This document shows, in pieces, positions 1-9,698 of a stretch of 14,568 nt of DNA; the stretch's first letter is position 1, and every line of letters begins with the position of its first letter. A program made the translations under genes and the position numbers. The stretch comes from a bacterium (GTDB lineage Bacteria > SAR324 > NAC60-12): positions 1 to 14,568 of the forward strand of contig CBDDTI010000707.1 in the NCBI GenBank assembly GCA_965233585.1, given 5' to 3'. The notes beneath the pieces were generated by a model, which saw nothing but the letters and a program-made list of their open reading frames with translations, was not told the DNA's origin and did not search any database.

Positions 1-159
1 AGTTAGTTCATTTTTAAAACTGGGTATTCAAACGGATTTTTCGAGATATTTGGAACATTTTGTATGATATTTAGAGATTTTTTGAGAAACTCCGGTAATA
101 TATTTACCAGCCGCACAGTTAAAATATTCAGAACAATAAAACTATCAACTAGATCGGAA

Positions 160-165
160 ATAAAT
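160..165. repeat. Left target-site duplication ATAAAT of the 166..6609 element
   Basis: ATAAAT directly precedes TATGCC at 166. The identical ATAAAT directly follows GGCATA at 6610..6615. Confidence 0.75.
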
Positions 166-202
166 TATGCCAAGCCAAATGTAGCAATATTCAATATCGA
201 TA

Positions 203-540
203 TATTTATTCAGTCTAATCCTTATTCATTCAATTTAATTTTCATATTCATTCAATTTAATCTTAGGTCATTCAATTCAATTCCTATAGTCATTCTATTC
301 AATCCTCATTCGTTTAATTCAATTTTCAGATTTATTCAATTTAATTTTTGTATTCTTCTGATTCAGTTTTAATATTGGTTCAATTTAATTTCTATATTCA
401 TTCAATTCAATTTCTATATTCATTCAATTCAGTTGTTATATTCATTCAATTCAATCTCTAGTTCATTCGATCCAATTTTCATATTCATTCAATTCAATCC
501 GTCTTTATTCATTCAATCTTGGCACTCATTTATTCAATTT
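203..540 (+). repeat. Subterminal degenerate ~22-bp tandem array (consensus TTCATTCAATTCAATTTCTATA), ~15 units
   Basis: Directly visible periodic TTCATTCAATT(C/T)AAT core. Confidence 0.9.
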
Positions 541-594
541 GGGGGTCTGGGTCGAGGGGGAAAATTTGAGCGGGAGCTGGGATATATGGTAAAG

Positions 595-744
595 ATGGCG
601 GACGAAATGCTCGAGGATGATGATTCCGAGGTGAAGAATTTCTTTGAGCATGTTATAGGCAAGACCGAGGAAATTCTGAGTCAAAACTCATTTGCTAGGA
701 GTGAACGCCACATATCTGAAGTTTTAACCCATATAGATCTCTTA
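595..744 (+). pseudogene. N-terminal 50 codons of the IS3EU-like transposase, cut off by the Harbinger insertion
   Basis: MADEMLEDDDSEVKNFFEHVIGKTEEILSQNSFARSERHISEVLTHIDL is nearly identical to the minus-strand copy starting at 6166; identity is lost just after TTA at 742..744. Confidence 0.75.
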
Positions 745-981
745 GAGCGCTTACCATTTGTCAGAACTGACCGGTCGGTTCGGACCGTGCGTAAATGGAA
801 CGCGTCAGTTCTGAGAACTGAGAGAACTGGTTCTGGCCGAACTGGCCCTGCTTTGGAGTTAGGGCCAGCCAGTTCTCTCGCTCCTGCGCGGCTACACGCG
901 TGAAATGCGCGGGAATTTGAGAATTGCAGCCGGTGTTTGTAGCCGTAAAATACCTGGATTTTTCCCGTCTCTTCATTCAAA

Positions 982-1760
982 ATGGCTGAAATGAAAGAAA
1001 CATCCATCGCACAAGTTTGGTAAGCATGTGTAATTTGTATTATTTTCTGCTATCTTGGTTGCCGAGTGATAGCACAATATAATTGTTTTCGGCGAAGTTC
1101 CTTGCGATACTTACCAAGCAAGCATACTATTTTAAACTATTACAGGACTCGAGGATGAAGAAGAAACAACCACAAAGCTCATAACATGGTCGACAAGCAG
1201 TACTCGACTTTTGATTTCACTCCGACGAGAAAACGACAGCCTGTTTACGAAAGGAAAAATACGAAAGAACGTCGCGTGGGCGAGAGTGGCAGAAAAATTT
1301 AATTCAACAAGCAGTGTTAAAGTAACCGGGGAGCAATGCTCCAACAAATGGAAGAAGTTAGAAGACAAGTTTAAAAAAACTCAGGAGCACAACAGTCGGA
1401 CGGGGAACGACAGAAAAGAATGTGAATTTCAAGACGAACTGACAGACTTTTTCAGATATGATCCCAAAGTTGTCCCCACTTCAACAGTTTCCTCGATGGC
1501 AGTTTCTGGTGGCACAGACTCTGCCGACAGTACGGAGGAAGACGAGCCAGAGCAATTGCCTCGGAAAAGAGATCAGCCAGCGAAAAAGAAAAAACGACGA
1601 AGGTCAAAATCATCCGCGTCGGAGATGATTGAATTTTTGAGAGAATTTAGAGAAGAAAAACGTAAAGAGGAGCAGGAAAAAAATTTCCATTGCTGAAAGG
1701 ATGCACGAGGAAAAATTGAGTGTCATGAATAGATTCATAGACATTCTGGCCAAAAAATAG
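982..1760 (+). pseudogene. Harbinger-associated Myb/SANT-like (trihelix) DNA-binding protein, frameshifted
   Basis: W-S-T-S-S-T-R-L-L-I...AWARVAEKF...VTGEQCSNKWKKL motif, acidic linker and KKKKRRR basic patch. Candidate exon 1 is 982..1019 (GTAAG donor) with acceptor TACAG ending 1145. Removing one A from A7 at 1677..1683 restores EKISIAERMHEEKLSVMNRFIDILAKK* ending at 1760. Confidence 0.8.
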
Positions 1761-1918
1761 TCTTTTTAATAGCTTTCGTGATTTTTTTAATATCTTCTTC
1801 TTGCATGCTTTTATTGTTTTTAACACCCCGCTTTTAAGCATTTTCATACTTTTGTCATATTTCACTTCTTTGTTCAACTATATCGGTACTTGAGCTTATG
1901 TAATTGTTTACTTCACTT

Positions 1919-1955
1919 TGTTTGATTATGACCGTAGATCGGTCGAAACGTCGCG
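1919..1955 (+). ncRNA. Minimal hammerhead-ribozyme-like motif, probably from a Penelope-like element terminus
   Basis: TTGATTA-T-[GACCG tagat CGGTC]-GAAAC-GTC: perfect 5-bp helix II, GAAA, palindromic ACGT helix III and a GUC triplet. The core departs from CUGANGA and helix I is weak (TGT/GCG). Confidence 0.45.
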
Positions 1956-1991
1956 TCCCGTTTTTGTCCCTTTAGTTTTTACCACAAAACT

Positions 1992-2175
1992 GGGTACAGA
2001 ATGGTAAAATCCGAGACTCGCTGAGACCCTCGTTTAAAATCCAAAATGTTTAAAAATTCAAGTGTTTTTTTGCGAGCCCGAGATTCCGAGACTCTGGTTT
2101 GTTTATAAGCCGAGATTTCGAGACTCGTGTAAAATTTGCCGAGACCCATCATTTTTCAAGGACTATTCTACACCC
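1992..2175. mobile_element. MITE-like element with imperfect 14-bp TIRs
   Basis: GGGTACAGAATGGT versus reverse complement of ACTATTCTACACCC (GGGTGTAGAATAGT), 11/14 match; multiple internal (C)CGAGA(C/T) motifs; no clean TSD. Confidence 0.6.
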
Positions 2176-2536
2176 TTAAAGAAGGAGTCTTGAGACATGC
2201 AGTTTTCCGAATTAACCTTGCTAATGTCACATACTCTCCAACTGAAAATAAGCAACGCCTTGCTTACGTTTCTTTTCGTGGAATGTTCATGGATGTAAAG
2301 CATGCCTTTAGGAGTTTTGTGGATGTCCAGTTTTCTTGATACAAGTGGGACATCACGTAATCAACTAATGAAGATAATTTAATTAGCTTCAGTTAAATTT
2401 GTTCTTTAAGATGTTATATTCAGAAAACGGAATGAACACTTTATTTGAAATTGTGATTTTGATAATGGGTTCTTGCTTGTACTCTTTTTTGTAGCCATTA
2501 CAAAATAAGCAGTCTGGCAAAAGTCCCCCATAAAGT

Positions 2537-2651
<115 letters not shown>

Positions 2652-2914
2652 ATGAAGTTAATTCTATCAGATTTTATGTAAAGCTCTGAAAGCTTAAGCT
2701 TTGCTCTTTGATCATTGAAAGTGCAGCTCCTGGTATTAAATGAGTTAAACTATTAGGCTTGTTCTGTTGTTGGTTTTTCCTTTTGAATTTTCAGACCTGT
2801 TATTTACTATATATTTGACTGTAAAGTCACTTCTGAATCAACCTTTACACATCTGTGTTGTCAATTTCTTGATGACTTTATAGGGTATAAACAGTTCAAC
2901 TTTTCCTGCTGCTT

Positions 2915-2933
2915 CCCCCCCCCCCCCCCCCCC
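2915..2933 (+). repeat. C19 homopolymer
   Basis: Directly visible. Confidence 0.95.
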
Positions 2934-3993
2934 TTTTTTCCTTCTTCCCCAATCAATAGACTATCACAATTTCTATTTAACTCAGTTGGATCTTTATTCT
3001 CTTGCTCTTTGTTAATGAAAAATTATGCTGTAAGCAACAGCGATTAATAATTAAATTAAAATACACAGATATAATAGATGCTCACACATTGAATGGAATC
3101 TAAAGAAACATTTTTTGTTCCTTGTTGCTTCTGGATGTCTCAATAAAAACTTTAAGGAAACTACTGTTTTTACATTTCATAGTTACACATAATAACTAAA
3201 AGTTGAAAATGAATTTATACAGAAACCAGGCCCCACCAATTTTAATATACTCCGCTTCTATGACTGTATTGCATGTAACTTATTATGACATGATTGAATT
3301 ATTGATGAAAATTGTTTACAAATAGCTTGATGGTAAACAAACATGGAAAATGTTAAGAGAGCAAAATGAAATATTATTGCTTGACACAAGATAACTTAAG
3401 AGCTGAGGGCATATAAAATATACTTGAGCCTCAGTGGCTTGTAGGATGTGTTATTTGCTTAATTTTTAGGCTTATTTGATTTGTCTGTATTCATTCCCCT
3501 GTTGGAATTCTACAGTAGTATAGCTAGCTGATGACTGGCTCGAAAACATGGGAATGCATGGTGCAAACAAGGGCATTTTAGGAATAAAACCTATAAAAAA
3601 CATGCTATTAATACATGCAGGAACAAAACAGAGAACTGAATGATGAAAAAGTCAATGTACACTGGGGTTTGTATATATGCCCTTTTATAATTTGACTGAT
3701 TAAGCAAAAGCATTTAATGTAATAATATAGTACGTAAATAATACTTGCCAAGAGAAATCAAATGGTCACCTTTCTTTATGATACAATGAAAACTAAAGAT
3801 ACTACAGTACAACACGTTTGACCCAAAAATCATGTTTATTAATTGCTACCTGGAAGGACAGGAGGAAAAGCCAACTTGAACACTCCTAACACACAAGACT
3901 ATAGCTTAAGCTAACAGTGTGGACACTCAAATGATACTGGCCGTGACTAAAGATGTGCATGCAATACCATATTATAACCATGACCAGTAATTA

Positions 3994-4348
3994 TTACTGG
4001 TCAAGAAAGATAACCATTTGATTTCTCTTGGCAACTGCTTGTGGCCCTGGAACTACAGAAGGAGATTCATCATCATCATCGTGGTCATCATCACTCTCAA
4101 CATCAAGAAACTCTTCAATTGTTTCTTCATCAACTATCAGACAAAAATTGTGAAGAACACATGCACCAGAAACCATAGATGGAACCTCCTCGACATTCTC
4201 CATCTCAATATACCTTAACCTTCTCCATCTGCCCTTGAGCAACCCAAGGGCTCTTTCGATGACTTGGCGTGTTTGAGCATGTTTCCTGTTGTAGTTTATT
4301 TGTGGCCCTGTTAAATGGCCATTATCCCTGAATGGCGACAGCAACCAC
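3994..4348 (-). CDS. Harbinger (HARBI1-like, DDE_Tnp_4) transposase, last exon
   Basis: WLLSPFRD...YNRKHAQTRQVIERALGLLKGRWRRL...ACVLHNFC carries the catalytic E motif and HN motif; CAG acceptor at 4351..4349; TAA stop. Confidence 0.9.
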
Positions 4349-4856
4349 CTGCCAGGGAAAATGTTTCTACACATTACACTAAGAAGTAAGAAAAAGGCTT
4401 AAGTGTGTTTACTGAAGATCAAGTTAATGTTCAACACTTAATAGTCGTAGGAATAAAAACTTTCTGATGTAAAGAACATACTTTTTAAAATTTAAAAACC
4501 TGCTGGCTTAATTATTATATTATCAGATCTAATAAATTGGCCATTAAATTTTATGAGAAAAATACTCAGTCAGTGTGACAAATAGATATACTGTAGGATG
4601 CATATATATTTTGTGAGTCAGGTTATTAAATTACAAAACTATGCTTTTATAAATGAATATTACGGGATTTGCAGGAATTATACATGTAATTGTAGATAAT
4701 ATAAATAATATTTCCTGCATGTCTTTACAGAGGATTAGAGGAGGAACGAGGCTACCAAAAAGACTAGCTTTATATAATATACTATTTATTTTTCAGCAAG
4801 CATTAATTGCACAAAAAATTCCAGAGCAGAATTTATTATTTAGGTTAATTATTCAC

Positions 4857-5023
4857 CTTTGAAGTGGATATGCTGAGTCTCCAAGAAGATGAGTGTCGCC
4901 TTGAAACAGGTTGTCATCAGCTGCCTGGTACAAGGGTGAGTTGCGTAAGACTCTGGCGTCATGAACTGACCCAGGCCACCCCACGTAAATGTCAGTGAAA
5001 AGCAGATTGTGGTCACATGTCCC
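4857..5023 (-). CDS. Harbinger transposase, penultimate exon (not in the ORF track frame)
   Basis: Manual translation GTCDHNLLFTDIYVGWPGSVHDARVLRNSPLY...HLLGDSAYPLQ(R). TAG acceptor at 5026..5024 and GT donor at 4856; 167 nt, phase 2, splices in frame to the 4348 exon. Confidence 0.9.
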
Positions 5024-5605
5024 CTACACATGACAAATAAAGAGACAAACCCCAAAAAGTCAAAAACCACTCAGGGACTTGCATTCATGCAGAGACATGA
5101 ACATAATGCAATCCCAAGGTAACTGTAAGGTAAACTCAGGGGTGGATCCGGAGGGGAGGGGGTTGGGGGGGTTGGGTTGTAGCCACCCACCTTTGGTCAC
5201 AAACAAACATGAAAATAACCAGGGAAAAATAGAAACAAGGAAGACTGACTCTGTGTCTTTAGGTATAAGAATGAATACTTTTAGCTAACCATTTCCCTCT
5301 ACGATTAAGCTCAATGGTGATCTGTATTGTATGGAGTGTTGATCATGCTCTTTTGCAATATCTATATATGGGACTGCTTGCACTCTATTACATGTACCTA
5401 TGCGAAATAATGGCTGTTGTGTTTAGTATATTATTGTTATCTTGGCCATATTAAAATGTAAATAAATATAAACTGTGAATATTTAACTTCATTATGATGC
5501 ATCACATCAGAGGCACTGTGCCATGAAAAATGTTTTATGTCTTATGTATAATGCATTAGTCAATTTTCCACCAGTGCCCATCCCTCCGCCGCCTCCTAAA
5601 AGTAT

Positions 5606-6166
5606 GGTTGACCCATGTCGTGCAATGAAGTCCTGAATAATACTGTCTAGTTTTTCATCGCTCATGGTGCTGAAGAGGGATAAATGTTCTAGATCAAATG
5701 AACGAACTCGGCGCATTATTGTCCAACGAAATACCCGAAAAATCCTAGCAATCTTTTCCCACGTGAAGCCTAGCCCACGTAAATCCTCTAGTACCTCGGG
5801 CGGAATATCTACCGATGGTCTACCTGGGCGTCCATTCTTTACTGTTTGACAAGGGACAGTTGTAACTCGTGATGGTCTTGATATACTGTTTCCAAAATGT
5901 TGGAGGAACCTCTCAGGTAATTCGGAAAACACAACTCTTAGATCGTTTAACTGTTTTGCATCAGTTTCGATCGTCGGTAACTATGTTCGCCGACTTGGTA
6001 ATCTTACCGTTATCTCTAAGAGATCTATATGGGTTAAAACTTCAGATATGTGGCGTTCACTCCTAGCAAATGAATTTTGACTCAGAATTTCCTCGGTCTT
6101 GCCTATAACATGCTCAAAGAAATTCTTCACCTCGGAATCTTCATCCTCGAGCATTTCGTCCGCCAT
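5606..6166 (-). pseudogene. IS3EU-like / integrase-core-family transposase, N-terminal HTH part; one in-frame stop, 3'-truncated
   Basis: ORFs 5981..6328 and 5507..5932 share one frame separated by TAG at 5983..5981. GRPGRPSVDIP...LRGLGFTWEKIARIFRVFRWTIMRRV...SDEKLDSII is an HTH region I recognise from this family. No DDE core follows. Confidence 0.7.
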
Positions 6167-6609
6167 CTTTACCATATGTCCCAGCTCCCGCTCAAATTTT
6201 CCCCCTCGACCCAGACCCCCAAATTGAATAAATGAGTGCGAAGATTGAATGAATAAAGACGGATTGAATTGAATGAATATGAAAATTGGATCGAATGAAC
6301 TAGAGATTGAATTGAATGAATATAACAATTGAATTGAATGAATATAGAAATTGAATTGAATGAATATAGAAATTGAATTGAATGAATATAGAAATTAAAT
6401 TGAACCAATATTGAAACTGAATCAGAAGAATACAGAAATTAAATTGAATGGATCTGAAAATTGAATTAAACGAATGAGGATTGAATAGAATGACTTGAAT
6501 TGAATGACCTAAGACTAAATTGAATGAATATGAAAATTAAATTGAATGAATAAGGATTAAATTGAATAAATATATCAATATTAAATATTGGTACATTTGG
6601 CTTGGCATA
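6017..6609 (-). repeat. Right inverted arm (593 bp)
   Basis: Reverse complement of 166..744. Confidence 0.95.
6221..6572 (-). repeat. Subterminal ~22-bp tandem array, right copy (one unit longer)
   Basis: Periodic ATTGAATTGAATGAATATAGAA. Confidence 0.9.
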
Positions 6610-6615
6610 ATAAAT
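6610..6615. repeat. Right target-site duplication ATAAAT
   Basis: Identical to 160..165 and abuts the inverted terminus. Confidence 0.75.
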
Positions 6616-7004
6616 ATATCGTATTCCTTCAGAGTGACTGTAGATTTCAAATCAGGCAAATTTCAGTTTAAGGTGTTACATAGGTACTTGCGACAAATAA
6701 GTTTGTCCATAAGATCGGTCTCGTACCTTTGTCTTTATGAACATTTTGCAAAAGAGAGAGCGCCTCTATTGAACTCGTTTAATGGAATGCAACCACTCGA
6801 ACAAGCCTTTCTGGCAGGATATAATTAACTGGTTCAACATGATAGATATAAACGTCGAAGCGTTATCAGAGATTGACAAAACTTTTAAACTTTGCCGGGA
6901 AAAGAGAAGGTAACTTTCATTTATTAATCCTTTCTTGATCTTGGCAAAACAACATATCTACTTCTGCATAAAAAAAAAATGTTATCCTCGGTCATTAAAC
7001 CCCT

Positions 7005-7126
7005 TTATTATATGGCTCTGTTTCACAAAGGATTTGGAACAACCAAATTCACAAATTTGATTGGCTGAAATGGATATGGACCGCGATCTAGACTTTCCCA
7101 TCTAAGACCGGCATCTAGATGGTAAT
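7005..7126 (+). repeat. Fragment of an interspersed repeat (family unassigned)
   Basis: TTATATGGCTCTGTTTCACAAAGG...TTTGATTGGCTGAAATGG...CATCTAGA resembles a repeat I recall from coral genomes; not verifiable within the window. Confidence 0.3.
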
Positions 7127-7705
7127 CTTTTATTAAAGCGAAACACGGTGGTCGGTTGCTTGGGCTTTGGTTCACCGAGGATAACTTTATATTTTAAATG
7201 AAGCAAGACATTAGACCATCTTAATTGGAGGAAATTTCCCTTATATTTTTACCGCTGTAAAGGTATTGTAGGTTTAGCAAACGATAGAGATGCGAAGCCA
7301 CAATTTGAATGCACAGTTTAATCATTTTACAGGTAAGCGTGAAACAAAATAAACGTGATGATGGTGGTAGTAGCGGTAGTGTGATTTAACTAAGAAATAA
7401 TGAAAAAAAAAAAAGTACAAAAATATAACGATCCGAATAAGATGACGTTACTAAGTATACTTACAAAACTGTGGCGACTTTCCAACGGGATAAGTAACAG
7501 AATGATATACTTTGAAGCTCACAACAGTGAGACGCAACCGCGGAAGCAACTAAACTATGGCAGCTAACAAGCATTGGTGAAAAATAACAACTAAGCATAA
7601 ATATGACTGCTTAAGTAGTGAGAGAAACAAAAATGCCATGGCGTAATCCCCAGGGGTCACGGAGAAATGTGAACTGCCCATGCGAAGAAAGTTCTAGTCG
7701 TTGCA
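7121..7705 (-). repeat. Putative 3' LTR of the BEL/Pao element
   Basis: Begins TG (TGCAAC) directly after a purine-rich tract downstream of pol; AATAAA near 7134..7129. The distal end reads GATTACC rather than ...ACA and there is no second LTR to compare, so the end is uncertain. Confidence 0.5.
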
Positions 7706-7717
7706 TTCCCGGCTCCT
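7706..7717 (-). other. Polypurine tract of the BEL/Pao element
   Basis: Minus strand AGGAGCCGGGAA immediately before TG, ~170 bp after the pol stop. Confidence 0.55.
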
Positions 7718-7889
7718 GAACCAAATTGAGTTCATTAAGGAAATGTACTTAACGACTAGAGTTCATACGATAATCTAAAATGAGACTCTAAGTAAATCCA
7801 TTAGTGTTCAACAGTTGAAGCACGAAGTCTAGTGCACAACTTTAACAAGCCTTTTTCATCGTCAACTAACAATGCGATAGCCATATAGA

Positions 7890-9057
7890 TCAAATAGAGT
7901 TCTTCACTGAAAGTAAGCTCTCTTGTTCGAGGAAACACAGTTTGGAAATTGGCCTTGTCAATACAGACGACTTTGTGGCAACCTTGACTGATCGGACAAA
8001 TCCATCCCTTCCTGGGCGAACTTCGATAACGCGACCTAGAGGCCATTGGCCACGATGAACTCTTTCATCAGCGATGAGAACTAGGTCGCCCACAGCAAAA
8101 TCACGACGTGGCTTGACCCATTTCTGCCGCTCTTGCAAGCTTGGTAAGTATTCCGACATCCATCTCTTCCAAAATGCGTTCGCAAGGTATTGAACCTGTT
8201 TCCAGCGACGTTGGCAGTATACTGAAATTATTCTTCTCGAATTTTCCTGGTGGCAAATTCGAATTCGGACGGAGAAGTAACAAGTGATTGGAAGTTAAAG
8301 GTTCTGTGTCGGTGGAGCTGTCACTTTTAGGTGTCAAGGGTCGACCATTCAGAATTCCCTCAACTTCCGCCATCAATGTTCGCAGTGCTTTTCCAGAAGC
8401 CAATTGCTCTAAGAAGGACTCTCAGAATCTTTCTCAACGAACGTATTACTCGTTCTCAGATTCCTCCCATGAGCGACGCTCCAGGGGGGTTAAACTTCTA
8501 CTCGATGTTCTTCTGGTGTAGAAACCCTCCAATCTCCTGCTAATTCCAGCTGTTTACGGCTTCACGGATTTCCCATACGGATTTCCCGTACTATTGTCGC
8601 TTCTTATCATCTTCGGCATTCCTCTTCTGCTAATGAATCTGCGAAGTGCGTTAATACACGAAGCCTTTTCGAGAGATTCGGTCACTTCAATGTGGGTTGC
8701 TCGCATCGTTAAGCAAGAGAAAAGACATTCGATTTGCTTTACAGTACTTCTGCCTTGCTTCAAATACAAAGGACCAAATAAATCCATGCCAACGTAAGAG
8801 AACGGGGGCTCATGAAGATTAACCTGTCGATGGGTAAATCTGCCATTACCTGTTGGCCCTTCTGTGCATTTTGTTTTCTACAGGTCAAGCAGTTATCAAG
8901 TACTCTCCGAACAGCAGCCTGTCCCCGGTCAATCCAGTACTTCCTCCTTAAATTAGTCGGGGCGTATTTTTGGCCTAGGTGTCCCACAGCTTCATGGACA
9001 TCCATAATAAGCAGTTTGCTAATATGGTGCTTGGAAGGTAACAGCGATTGATGTTTT
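7890..9057 (-). pseudogene. Pao integrase (zinc-binding, DDE core) and DUF5641-type C-terminus, frameshifted
   Basis: HEAVGH...[19 protein letters not shown]...[26 protein letters not shown]...GDLVLI...WPLGRV...GRDGFVRSV. Confidence 0.92.
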
Positions 9058-9114
9058 AAAGTGAAGAATGATCATCGTAGTAAATTTTCAATTTAAGCAA
9101 TTGGAAAGAAGAAG

Positions 9115-9321
9115 ATGAAACAACAAACACATGATAAATTAAATGTTTGGAGAACTCGGAAAAAATTGGAGTCCCAGATGGGATTTGAACCCACGACCCT
9201 CCGTGATCTAGTCGGATGCTCTAACCACTGAGCTACTGGAGACTCTATGGTGAGCAAGGGTCAATTTATGGGTCTCGACTGGAACCGCATCACGCGGCTA
9301 CACAGTCAAGTAATGACTGGC
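9115..9321 (-). mobile_element. Second tRNA-containing repeat nested in the first
   Basis: 14-bp TSD TTGGAAAGAAGAAG at 9101..9114 and 9322..9335; the uninterrupted sequence is present in inverted form at ~9571..9634. Confidence 0.88.
9171..9243 (-). pseudogene. tRNA-like module (AGA at the anticodon position, non-canonical)
   Basis: A box TAGCTCAGTGG, B box GGTTCAAATCC, D and T stems pair; acceptor stem needs a bulge, anticodon stem has an A-A mismatch, no long Ser variable arm; T6 follows. Confidence 0.75.
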
Positions 9322-9349
9322 TTGGAAAGAAGAAGCCTGAAAAAATCAA

Positions 9350-9421
<72 letters not shown>

Positions 9422-9698
9422 ACACATTGGGAGCGAGGCCAATTTGTTGAGTTCATATCTCCCGTGAGGAGTGAAATGATTTGAAGTATATAGGAAATAA
9501 CTCATATATTTGAACTGCGGTTGTCATTCTTCACTTTGATCTACAACCGCAGTTCAAATATATGAATTATTTCAGGCTTCTTCTTTCCAGTTGCTTAAAT
9601 TGGAAAATTTACTGCGATGATCATTCTTTACTTTGATCTACAACCGCAGTTCAAATATATGAATTATTTCATATATACTTCAAATCAATTGATGTTTT

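Larger units (their letters stand above)
166..744 (+). repeat. Left inverted arm (579 bp)
   Basis: Reverse complement of 6017..6609. By manual alignment about 15 substitutions, an 8-nt extra (ttcctata) on the left and one extra 22-nt unit on the right. Confidence 0.95.

Noticed and set aside
203..540. CRISPR-like array
   Set aside because: Units are contiguous and degenerate with no unique spacers, there are no cas genes, and the context is eukaryotic with spliced genes.
64..594. ORF 64..372, the N-terminal part of 433..903, and mirror ORFs 6169..6408 and the start of 5981..6328
   Set aside because: F/I/Q/N/S-rich translations of the 22-bp array; not protein-like.
681..1007. Minus-strand ORFs 681..1007 and 761..976 and the C-terminal part of 433..903
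   Set aside because: They cross or lie within the Harbinger terminal region and have no recognisable motifs.
3994..5023. Host HARBI1 gene
   Set aside because: 5' exons are missing and the exons lie with a Myb partner behind a TIR-like end at a TTA target, so a transposon copy is more likely; no gene symbol assigned.
4849..5070. ORF-track protein MVFDFLGF...
   Set aside because: Wrong frame; the real exon reads GWPGSVHDARV in another frame.
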